Shown here one piece after another: positions 40,461-52,053 of a stretch of DNA of 64,000 bases. The stretch covers positions 19,970,451 to 20,034,450 of the forward strand of contig OZ316894.1 in NCBI GenBank assembly GCA_973895155.1. Direction: 5' to 3'. The notes beneath the pieces are model-generated. The model did not search any database, was not told the DNA's origin, and saw only the letters and a program-made list of their open reading frames with translations. The stretch's first letter is position 1. Each line of letters opens with the position of its first letter. Position numbers and translations under genes: made by a program. This stretch comes from Marsupella aquatica (lineage: Eukaryota; Plantae; Marchantiophyta).

Positions 40461-40914
40461 TGTAAACTAAGGGAGACCAGCTGCAAATGGTCAAGAGATT
40501 GGCTGCAGTGGTCAAGAGTCCCCATTTACAGATCCCATTCCAGTCAAAACCTATAAAGAGTGCTATCCAATGATTTTTGGATGTTCTGAGTTAGTCCATC
40601 CCAGCTTCCAAAATCTTCCAATATCCATGGGGGTTTCATGGCAACCCCCTGGGTCCATCCGGGCCTAATGTTTGATGTAAATGGCTAATTTTGTCTAGAA
40701 TTTTAGACCATTTCCAAGAGATTCTAGATGAGTGTTCTTGGGAAACTCAGTTGGGGTACTGAAGACTGATGCCCTTGAGCTACCTGCTACCTGTGGGCTA
40801 AGTTTGCTAGAATTACCAAAGTTGAGCAAACTCTCCACTTATGTGGATCCCCACATGTCACCTATGGTATAAGTATCCACAGAAGTGAAGACGTGTACCC
40901 TCAGGTTTTGCCCT

Positions 40915-41165
40915 CTGTGTGCAACTGGCAACATTGACTGGCGGGACCCATTGGACAACAATAATTAAGTTTGGAGTCCTCCACCTCCTATGTGCAATGG
41001 GAAAAGTATGACAAAAGGTAATATTCAATGGGGGTAGACCCTGGGCAACAGTAAATGAATATTAGAGTCTTCCACTATGTGTGTGCAATGGGCAAAGCAT
41101 AAGAATGGGTAGCATTGAATGGTGGGACCCAACTTGCAACACTAGATGAAAATTCGGAGTCGACC
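40915..41165. repeat. Degenerate tandem repeat, ~90-bp unit, ~3 copies
   Basis: Recurring TGTGCAATGGG..ATT(G/C)AATGG..GACCC..GCAACA..GAGTC. Confidence 0.55.
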
Positions 41166-42327
41166 TGTCTGCCTGGCCAGTTTTAATCAGCCACTAGCAA
41201 TGACAAAACTTTGATCCACCAGGTTTAACAATTTACATTAAGGTTTTTCCTGAAATTGTGGAATAGAGCCCCACAGCAGAGAAAATGAGTGAGTGCTATT
41301 TGGAAAAGGCCAAGCTCTCAGCACTTCCCCGTACATATGCCAGTGGCCTTTTAAGAAGGACTCTTTGTGCTAAAGTTGGCCAATGAGTTCAAGCTTCAGA
41401 AGTTGGCCAAATTTGCATAAACCCCATCCAAAAGTGGGGTTCACCAAAGCTACACAATATACTTGACACTAGAAAATCTGGAGATCATTCTCGTATCATG
41501 ATATAGGCGTGAACTTGCAGACCCTATGGCAGACAAAGAGCATCAGAGTGAGACACAAGGGATTATAATAATCTAGCCCCGACTGCACGTTCTTTTAACC
41601 TGAATACAGTGAGGACAATGAAGTGTTGACTATATATTTTCCCTAGTGTAATAAAAATAATGTATCAATAGACCCTAAAACCCACTTGAGAGATTTCTCC
41701 ATCAAGAGGAAAGTTCACCATACAAAGTTTCATGGCTAAAAATTACTGGCAAGGGTCAGTAACAAAACCAGCTGAAAATTAAAACAAATTGCAGTGCAAT
41801 TTACCAAACACTTATAGTTTCTTTATGTCTCTATTCACATTTCCTCTGGGTTGGACTCTTGTTATGTTCCATTCTTTTTTTGATAATTTGTAAGAAAATA
41901 AATTAGGATTTTGTTTTCATTATAAATTATGTTGCTGCACACATGAAGCATGATTTAGTTGCATCATAAAACCTCCAAAAACTCACCCCACCCAATCTCT
42001 TTTTTATTCCCACCCCATATTTTGATTCATGCACCCTTAGATCCCCCAGATTTTGATTCACGGCCCCATTAGATTGATGGAAACAAAATAAAACTTTGCC
42101 AAAAAGCCATTCTACCCTATTTCCCTTTCATCTTTGCCCCATTTTTTGGTCCATGGTACTCTCAATTTTGTCTTTACTAAGATTCATTATGAGTTTTGAA
42201 ATGACGATAGAAACCATGGCACATGTCATCATTTTAACATATATCATTCTCTCTATGCACATGAATTTTGGTGGGGCCCTATCATTCTCTCCATGCACAC
42301 ATTTTTTTGGATGCACATACATTTTGG

Positions 42328-42420
42328 TGGAGCCCTAGAGTTATGGTCTAGAGGTTTCACTCTAGAAGTCTAGACTTCACCTCTAGCTTCGAGTTGGTGT
42401 TTCATAAGTAAGATGAGTTC
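42328..42420 (+). repeat. Dispersed repeat (MITE-like end); other copies at ~45443-45525 and ~60404-60505
   Basis: GAGT(T/C)ATGGTCT(A/G)GAGG..CTCTAG..CCAACTCTAG..TAAGTAAGATG is shared by three loci, one inside a kinase intron. Confidence 0.65.
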
Positions 42421-42974
42421 TCTAGGAAAATAGAATCTAGGAGTGAAACTCAACGAATTGTAATAAATAAATAAAGAAAGGTAGACTCATTTATTCAACT
42501 TGAATTCACGGTCTTGAGTGTATCTTTAGAACAAAAAGTGGCACTCCACTTTTGTTTGGAGAGAAAAAGTGAGAATGGCGCGAAAGCTACCATAATCACT
42601 TTTGAAGTGTCTTCTGAACCTTTCATTACAATGAACTTTGTTTTGCTCACGAAAGGACATGGACTGTGGTCATTTTTAATGTTTACCTGTTGCACTGATA
42701 ACAATAAAACGATTCGCGTCGTGATATGATTCCTTCGGATACAATTAGACTTTTGACTAAAACGGCTGCCTGGATGGATTTAGATCAGTGACTGCTATGA
42801 TTTTCAGTCATAGGGGGAATAAGAATGGGGATGAACTACTGTACAATATCGGACAAGTGCATTGCAACTCGAATGGACTGTTTTTCAATATTGCCTCGAA
42901 TCAAATCGGACCTTTTTGTCAAGTTGTCACTCTTGGGTCTCAAAATCTGCTAGGTCCATCCTATGTAAATGAAG

Positions 42975-43400
42975 AATATACACAAACTTTATACAAAAAG
43001 GGCCAAACAGAGTACAAAAGAATAAACAAAAGAGGTCCCAAGTGGGCAAAACCAAGATCAAAAGGAACCCTCTAAGAACCAAGAAAGGGGAACTAAAACA
43101 ACCGCAAATGGACCGAGGTCCTTATCATTCCTAGCTAATGGGGCTAACACCTAATGGTCCACATCAAGTGTCAAAATGAAATCGGCAAGTGGGACTGGAA
43201 TGTCCTCTAGGGGGGCTAGCCGCTGCGGAGGCACACTAGCACCCACTGTCAGAGATTGACGATGGATGGCCCAAGCTTGAGCACGCTGTAAGGTGATTGA
43301 AATGCGTTGGCGAAAGTGCGTGGTCAAAACAGATAGTGGGGATCCGGGGGGTCAAATGCTGTGGTCTGTCTAGGATCAACTTTGCCATCCCTAAGGGTTG
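42975..43400 (-). mobile_element. 3' end of a CRE-like (restriction-like endonuclease) non-LTR retrotransposon
   Basis: Minus-strand peptide SVLTTHFRQRISITLQRAQAWAIHRQ.. ends at stop 43151-43153 and matches the QRxSxxLQRxxA C-terminal motif of CRE-type ORFs; a T-rich 3' UTR follows. Confidence 0.6.
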
Positions 43401-43409
43401 GGTTCCATG

Positions 43410-45418
43410 GGCCAGGACCCGGGGTCCTCACTTCTTTTCTTCCGACCCATCACGTGCGAATAAGGATAGGGTTTTTTTATTGGGTTTAGTGAAATACTTT
43501 TAATTTTTTGTTGAAGAACATTAGGGTTATTTTAATCCAATTTTGAGAATTATAAGAATCATAGGGTTTTAAAAAATCAAATATGGGAATATTCTTGGAA
43601 TATTCCATTAAGTTAGGGGTAAAAAATTCCTATAAAAAATTTTATTGACTTAACTTTTAGGGTGTTTATTCCCCAAAACTTCGAGCGTGATATGGGACAC
43701 CCCTTGGATTGAGGCCCCCGAGGGCCAGGAATGAGGAGCATAAAGTGCTGTGAGTGCAGGCAGTACCCTCTATATTGCTGTACAGGGTATAATTCTCATC
43801 ATTTCTTAAGCCCAAATAATTTGCTTTGAAGCTGTGAACTTCAACTTAGAAGGTTGTTGCTCAACCCAACTGAGCTAAGAATCTGGCACATTACTAACCA
43901 TTTTGCAACAAAAAAATAGTGAATTCCAGAGAAGAAAGAAGCAAGCTTCCTTCTGCGTTTCTCTTAACAAGCTTTAGCTAACTCCGCCATTTCCAGGGAT
44001 TTAGGAAGGAATTTTGTCAGTCCCGCAGAGTTCTGTTTCATTGACAATTTACCCACTGCCCTAACCAAGGCATCTTGAATCAAGGAATCTTGGCATTTGT
44101 GTTTTTGTACTCTTAGGGTAGAGATATGGTTCCTACCCTACGTTGCTTCTCCATGGCCTTGCTGAATCCCCTTCAAAGCTTCGAGGAGGACGCAACCTTT
44201 ATCTCCATTCCCAGAAACTTCACACTTTCGGTGCTTATATGGGATATATCACCTTTGGCGAGTTCCAGGTGGAGTTTGAAATTAACAAACTGCTCCTAGG
44301 AGGAAATTGCCCACATATCAAACATAAAATGCGTGTGCGTAGTTGGGGACCTTTCCAAGTCCAAAAATTGCACATTTTGATTACTATGCACACCATTGAA
44401 TATAGCATATTTGGGCCCAAGAGGATGTCTGAGGGCCTAAAGTTTAAACTCAACCTTGGCTAGGCTAACTACAATAAGCTAACCGGAGTTAACATAATAA
44501 CTAGACTCTCCATGAAGGGATAACTCTATTTGTATCCGATAGAAAGATAGAGCTATAAGTTAGTTGTGAACTTCGCGTGGGAGAGCTTGGACCATGGAGA
44601 GCTATGGTGATAATATATATGTACATTTGGTATTCATAGTGGAGCCCTTGTTACGGTAGTGGAAGTAGCTTTCAGACATGGGTGAACCATGTATCTTGAT
44701 AAGCGTATGTTTGTGAGTTGTGGGCTGGATATTTAGACTGAGTTGATGTGCTCTCAGTTGTGTGCTGGATCTTTAGACTGAGTTTAATTCAGTTGCGCAC
44801 AAGACTTTTAAAAACTTGCTGAAGAAATATAGGGGAGTTTTAATCCAATTTTGAGAATTATACGAACTATAAGGGTTTTGTAATATAAAATGTGGGAGTA
44901 TTCAATTCCTAGAATATTCCATAAATTTAGGGGCTAATAAATAGTAAAAATTTACTTTATTTTCTTAAGTTTTAGGGTGTTTATTACTTGAAAACTTTGT
45001 GCGTGATATAGGACCTGCCTTGGAGTGAGGCCCCCAAGTGATGGGGCCATAGAGTTATTTTTTAATGTAAATAGAAATCTTAACAAAAAGCATGCATGAT
45101 TATAATAGTCATGAGTTTTCTCTTGGGGGCCTCACTCCAAGGGAGGTCCCATATCATGGCAAAGTTTCAAGTAACAAACACCCTAAAACTTAAAAAAATA
45201 AAGTAGATTTAAAATATTTTTTGACCCCTAACTTTATAGAATATTCCCACTATTGGTATTAAAAAAAACCCTATAGTTCTTATAATTCTTAAAATTGAAT
45301 TAAAACAACCTTATAGTTCTTCAACAAAAATTTAAAGTCTTTTGCATAGCTAAATTAGAAAACCCCAAACTTCTTTGCGCGCGACAGGTTGGAAGAAAAG
45401 AAGTGAGGAACCCGGGAG
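43410..45418. repeat. Three copies of a ~250-300-bp AT-rich element: 43410-43722 (+), ~44790-45037 (+), 45122-45418 (inverted)
   Basis: Shared TTTTAATCCAATTTTGAGAATTATA, GAATATTCCAT, TTTTAGGGTGTTTATT and CCTTGGA.TGAGGCCCCC blocks; the third copy is the reverse complement. Confidence 0.85.
43900..44400 (-). pseudogene. Degenerate group II intron reverse transcriptase/maturase fragment (probable NUMT)
   Basis: Minus strand: PNYAHAFYV*YVGNFLLG (44294-44326; degenerate YVRYADDFLLG), then QFVNFKLHLELAKGDISHISTESVKFLGMEIKV (RT6/7), then KAMEKQRRV..LIQDALVRAVGKL. Stops and frameshifts present. Confidence 0.7.
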
Positions 45419-45690
45419 TTTTCCCATCCACATGACGAGTCATGGAGTTATGGTCTGGAGGCTTAACTCTAGAAGCCTAGGCCCCAACTCTAGCTTGTAG
45501 TTGGTGCTTTATAAGTAAGATGTTATTGTTCCTTGAAAATTCCCCAAATGGAGAGTAGACTCCTCTTTAAATGCAGCAGTTTGAGGTTCCCATGATATTG
45601 CACTGACTCATAGAGGGACAACCATAACCAGGAATGGAGGGAGGAGGGGTGAGTGACTTCATCAATCATTTCAACTACAGTGAATTATCA

Positions 45691-45854
45691 GGTGAGTTGG
45701 GCTTTAATCTTTAGAAAGTGAATGCAAAACCAACGCGTGCCATTTCAAAAAGATACCAGGCTAAGTTGTTGAGGTGAGTTGGGCTTTAATCTTTAGAAAG
45801 TGAATGCAAAACAAAAGTGTGCCATTTCAAAAAGATAGCAAGCTAAGTTATTGA
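45691..45854. repeat. Tandem duplication, ~82-bp period
   Basis: GGTGAGTTGGGCTTTAATCTTTAGAAAGTGAATGCAAAAC..GCCATTTCAAAAAGATA..GCTAAGTT.TTGA occurs twice. Confidence 0.9.
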
Positions 45855-48784
45855 GTACCCATGTCATAATTCCCATCAATAATTCTCGTCAAGTATCTTC
45901 AAAGCAGGGTTGGTCCAATTTTCTGAGCCTTTCAACATAGTAAGGACTCCCTGGTTCTTACCTAAACAATTGTTACTAGAAAATTGGCATGTGGGGATAG
46001 AAGTAAGAATTGTAGGCCTCTCATTTTTGGAAAATTCCAAAATTCCAAAATTGTGGGCCTCTCATGTTTTTCTCATAATGACTAATGACTTAGACTAGTG
46101 ACACTTAAGTTACTCAAAACCGAAAAATAATTTTGAGCTCTAGTTAAGAGGGGAGGGGATGAAATGTTCTCACAATTCTTAGATTCCATCACACTCTTGA
46201 GAATAGATAGCTTAGGGTCTAGGTATCTATAGTGCATGAAGAATCAATTCAATATAACTTGAAAAGAAGGACAAAACAAGATATTCTAACAAAGGATGGG
46301 CAAGATTGAAAAATAAATATGGACCTAAAGTGGGGGTCTCAAATAAGAAAATTAAAAACGTTAAGAGGGGGAAAATATAATTCCAAAGTCCAAAATACAA
46401 AGGATACAGTTGTCTAAAACAAATTGAAACAAAAATCTCAATAAGACAAAGCAACCTGAGAAGGCTCTTAAATAACTTAACACGAAGGTTTGTCTTGGAT
46501 TTGTTTTCTGGCAGTTCTAATGAATGCCCCCCGCTACTATAACAAGGCAATTAACAAGATCTACCATCCAACCAACTGAACCACAACCCACATGTCAATC
46601 AACCCCATAGATCTTGGAGACCAGTTTTTTTTCTCTGGCTAACGTGCAATGGTAGCATTTAAATGTGAGAATTGGTCAGACTTCACTTGAACTTGGGACA
46701 CAATCTGACAAAACCATTACCAATAGAGTCCGTAAAGGCCTAAACTGTACAAAGGAACTGTACTAGCTCAAAAGTGTATGACCCCAAATGTGTCAGGTCT
46801 CAAAATAATAAATGAAAGGTCCCCCACTAATTGGCCATTCTTTAGAGGGTGGTCCAAACTAATTTTTAACTAAAAGGTATGGCCCCATTTGCAAAACATG
46901 GGACCCACGGGGGGTCCACTAGGAAGGTGGCTAGCATGGGGATTCCCCATGTAGCTTCTGTTTGAGTTTTCAGAGACTATCGTTCTCCCTATTATTGCCC
47001 AAAATGCTATGGATTTTGGGCAAACTTACGACTGAGGTGATTCAAAATCTTGACTGGGCTCCAAGAAAGCACTGAAAAATGCAATGGAAAAAAACTAATC
47101 CAAAAAGGACATTGAATATACAGTAAGGCATTACAGGATATAATGCCCTTGACAAAAAAGAGCTCCAGCTCTAGCTTCGAGGGACCTTTAATGCTCAATC
47201 ATGACCTTATTATACTTTAACTGCCCATATATAGCATGTTCATCCTGGAATAAGACTCCCTCTCCGAATCCAAGAGCCCCTGCTGGAGCTATGCACCGGT
47301 AATTCCCTGCAAAATACAAAGGGAAAAAGCACAAACGGCATCAAGGTTCCATAGGGTGCTTTTCTGAAACGATGCTCGGCCCCAAATTCTACAAGAAAGG
47401 CTGTCGCCTCAATTGAGTGTAGTTGTACGTGGAAACCAGAATGTCGTCATTTGGCCGCAGACATGTGCACACAATCGTACAGAACTGACGGCTATGTCGC
47501 CGTGCTGCTCGGCGGGCCCTGCCAACTCCCCATAATGCGCGCGATCATCTTCAGGAATCTAGAGATCCCGCCTTGGATTTGGACTTTGGCATACTGCAAA
47601 GTACCGGATGCGTTTGAGAAAGGAAGGAGAACAAGAGAAGCCGAGAAGGAGCTGCTGTAGCGAAGTCGTCACGGTTATTGGTATTCGCTTTGGATGGCGT
47701 TTCTGGTCCAATTTTTTTCGTGTTTCGAAGGGAGACGTTTTCGGGTTTGCCGGAGGTTTCATCAGGAAGCTTGTTCGTCCAGATGACGTTATAAAGGAGT
47801 GAGAGGTGATGACATGCGGACATAGCTTGGCCGACTAGCTGAGGAATCTGGGCTGGTCTTAATTTTAAAAGGTGTTTCTGTGAGTGTGAGCTTGAAGCAG
47901 CGGGAGTTGAGAAGCGATTCGCGTGAGGTGGCAGAAGGCATTAGATGTCGAGAATTGTGGTGGTCACGTTTGAGAAAGAATCAGGGACCTTACTTGGAGA
48001 ACGATGCGGAGGAGCTGCTGATGAAGATTGTCGCCGGATGTTGTCCGGCTAATTAATTGCGTTGGTGTAGATGTCCCGAGGTTGCATGTATCGTGCAAGG
48101 TTGCGTTATTTGAGAGAGCGAGCAGGTTTCGGACTTTGACACCTACTGTAAGATAATTGTTAAGGGTAGGTTCGAAAGGATGTTGAGACGATTGTGGTGC
48201 TTCCATGAGAGTGGTTTGGTTCAGGTTATTTATTACTGTTCAGATTATTGTTTCTCGGAGGTGTGATCGGAAGGACCTGCTTTAGATAGGCCGCGGTTTA
48301 CGAATTAGGTTCCGGGCAGGATGGGGAGGAGCTCGAGTTTCTTGACAGTATCGCTAAGGCTTACAGTGGACCACTGCTTGTGAGGAGAGAAGAAATATAT
48401 GTTCTATTGTTACGGTACGCTTCACATATTTTGGAAATGAATGGAAATTCCAGCTTCCCGTACCAATTCGTGGACGAGTTTTTATCTTTTGTCGGTGTAC
48501 ACCTTTGACGGTATCGGATAAGATTTCACACCACCGCTAGCTGGATTCCAGAATCCGTTGATCAGACGCACTTAGTTGGAGTTATGATATATGTGCACTC
48601 AATCTTAATTATCTGCATGATCCTTCTATTTGTTGCATGTAGGGCTCCGACTGATGGCTCGAATTGTGACTTGAATTGACAATTTGTCAATCTTGCACTG
48701 ATGCAGGAATTGCGTCTTCCTAGAACAATAGGGCGGAGGCTCAAGCGGAGTTACAGCAGCCGTTAGATTGCTGTCCCGGGGACC

Positions 48785-50412
48785 ATGGACTACGCCATTG
48801 CCTGCCATACTGAAATGGATGAGGATGAAAGGGACTCAGCTGCGGCCTTGCACCTGAAGGTGATCGGCGTGGGAGTCATATTCATAGCAGGCGTGTTGGG
48901 TGTATCGCTACCTTTCATTGGCAGGGGATTAAGATTCATCGGCACGGAAGGGAATATTTTTTTCGTATCCAGAGCGTTTGCCGCTGGGGTCATTCTTGCG
49001 ACCGCTTTTGTGCATATTTTGCCGGAAGGGGTGGAAGCTCTCCGAAACCCCTGCCTGCCGGAATTGTTTTTGTCTTTCCCTTTCGGAGGATTCGTAGCCA
49101 TGCTCAGTGCACTGACCACAATGCTCGTTGACAACATTTGCACCGACTACTACGAGGATCTGCACTCTCACCAAAAACATGCCGGAGATTGCGAGCGTCA
49201 GCCGTTGATCAGTAAGACTGCCGCATCCGTTGACGGAAGGCCAGATAGGCGATTTTTAAGGGAGAAGTCCTTGTTACGCCTAGGCAGCCACCACGCTGAA
49301 GCTATCGTCTCTATGAAGAAACTTGCCTCGGAGAATTCAATTGGAACCATTCGGCATGTCCAGGAAATTGGGGTGGTGGTTGAACATCACCTTTCTAACG
49401 AGGAACAGGCCCAGATTAGGAATGTTGTCATTTTGCAGGTACGGTAAGTCCTCAGCTGAGACATTATACCAAATCCTTCTACTTTACTGTGTTTGACTTG
49501 TCGTTGACCTCTGTTCTTTGAAACTATTGCTTCAAGGTACTGATAGGTTTGTGAATCTAAGAAGTCATCGGGAACCTGGAAGTCCAATCCGAGTAGAGTC
49601 GGTTTGAATCTAGAAGTCATAGTGGATCAGGAAGCCGAGTCTTAAACAGTAAGTTTAGGAGTGCAGGTTGACTTCTGCGGATGACTAGTGTCTCCCTCGT
49701 TGAGTCTTGAGAGTGGACTCCTTTTGATTAATTTTAAATCACTCACTTTTGCAAACTGTCTCGTGAGCAGGTATTGGAGGTGGCCGTAATTTCACATTCT
49801 TTCATTATCGGATTGTCACTGGGGATCTCGGAAAATCCCCGTTTAATCACACCACTGCTTGCTGCCCTTTCCTTTCACCAGTTTTTCGAAGGTTTTGCTC
49901 TAGGTGGCTCGATCTGTCAGGTTTGCTCCCGTCACTGTGCTCTGCTTGTGAGTTCATGTCCTGCTTTTGAGGTCCGAGTTAACCTTCCTTTCTGAGCAAG
50001 TTTACTAGATGTCAAAACATCATTGACATTTTACCGTTCCAAAGGAAACAGTTTAGATCAGTTGAGGGGCTGTCGTTGAGCAGTCGTTCGAATGTGGTCA
50101 ATGCAGGCAGGCTTTGAGTGCAGTTCTTCAACTTTAAGAGCTGGGCTCTTCGCAATAACCACGCCAATGGGGATCGTGGCCGGAATCGGTATAACTTCGA
50201 GCTATCGGGCAAACACGGCGAAGGCTGTGATCTTGGAGGGACTGTTCGAGTGTGCTTCGGCGGGAATTTTGATCTACATGGCTCTCGTAGCTCTCATAGC
50301 CCCAGATTTTCGGAGCGATCGTATTCGGGGCAATCGTCAGCTGCAGCTTTGCTCCTATGTCGCTCTGTTTTGCGGGACTCTTGCTATGTCTTCTCTCGCA
50401 TATTGGGCATGA
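48785..50412 (+). CDS. ZIP: ZIP-family Zn/Fe transporter (ZIP4/IRT3-like), 3 exons
   Basis: Exons 48785-49438, 49771-49920, 50107-50412. Motifs [73 protein letters not shown]. Confidence 0.95.
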
Positions 50413-51354
50413 GAGTTATCGCGCAGAGTTTTTTGTGGCTGTTGTTTCTGAAATCCTTGTACAGAAAGAAAATCATCGTAGCATAGGCAAGATAGCAACT
50501 CGGCCATTGCGGAGAAGCTTCATCCCGATCTCCAAAATCCGAACAGTAGCACTGGCAGGAACGATAAATACGGTGCTTTCAATTAAGCTTGTTTGGAGAC
50601 GGGGCCCGGGTCATGCTGCGCTCCTGAGAAGAAGAGCACGAGATGTCTATTGGAGTGCAGGGCCATCTGCAGAAGGCTCTTTGAGGAAAATAGGGACAAC
50701 CGATGCAGTCTCAACTTCACAAGACACATCACGGGGATCAATCCCAAGAAAAACCATGCCAGTAAAACTCTCTTCGACGAGTTTCCATAGACAGAAAGTG
50801 TGACGAGAATATCCAAGTTACTCTCGTCGAAGAGCTTACAAAGAAAGTGTGCATAGAATGATCAATTGGATACATTTGATTTGAAATACACCCATTGTAG
50901 AATAGACCAGATACAATTGATACCTGTACGTAAAGACAATTGACCATCGCCGTGATGCAGAGCCATGATTTGAAACCAGTTTAGATGCAAGGTTGTAATT
51001 TAACATTCTAACATCAGATAGAAACTTTAGAGAAACTTGATAGAAATTTCAGCACTGATTAGGATAATAGGCCATGACAGAGTCCAGATGGCTCAAAGCC
51101 TCTTCTTCGAACTGGAAAAAAAGTGTAATATGGGACTATTCGAGTTAAAAAGTTGCCATGGTTCTTGCGCATTACGCATCACGGCTAGGTACATGGACGC
51201 ATTGACATCAATTAATATCCAAGATTTGAAATAACGGTCTGACTGTAATCACGCTTCGCATGGACTAATCTCATGGAGCAACAGTTGTTTTTGCATGATT
51301 AGAGGGATATCGCTTCCGCTTTGGCTGTTCTTCAAGGAGGGAGATGGGGTTTAG

Positions 51355-51396
51355 CCGACTACCTACATCAAGACCCCGACTACCTACATCAAGACC
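51355..51396. repeat. 21-bp tandem duplication
   Basis: CCGACTACCTACATCAAGACC x2. Confidence 0.8.
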
Positions 51397-52053
51397 GCAG
51401 GTCTCCATCATCCCAATTTTATTGTACCTGCTATTTACATAAGCTATCGAACCTCCTAAGTTGTAGTCCTCTGCGAAAACTGTCATAAAAGAGACGTCAA
51501 TGGAAGACATGTCGCTATATGTTAGCAAATGGAATCCCCTGTCCACGGAGTTATTAAGCTAGCTCAAGATCTTGAATACTGGAATAAAGCCAATCTAAAC
51601 AATCATCGTTGCAATGATCTAAGCAGCAGAGAGACCTGAATTCTCTGTCAAGCTGGCTGGTGGGTCTTGCGAAGATCCTAAGGCCCAAGACGAGGAATGC
51701 TTGGCCGCGCGAGCTTGGATCGGGCACTCTTCCAAAATGTTCAAACATACATTTCTGAAATGTACAGCTCTATACATCGAGAAACTCTAATTCAAAAGGC
51801 CACCGAAATTGACTACCGACAAATTTTAATCCCGCATTGTATCTAGAGAGCTCTTGCAAACAGAAGGCAAGCTACAGACGCAACACCTCTTGGTTACCAG
51901 ATGACATGCTGAAGCCCCAGATTGTTGCTCTTCCGAAAATCCAGGGTTTGGTCAGGATCCTCCTGTTTCAAACAGACAGCTGTAGAGCCATGGACATGAG
52001 TTGAAGGATCTACTTGAACCAACAGGATTGCCATAAAGATTAATTTACTCCGG

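Noticed and set aside
44596-44630. Loose resemblance to group II intron domain V
   Set aside because: Poor pairing and on the opposite strand to the maturase fragment.
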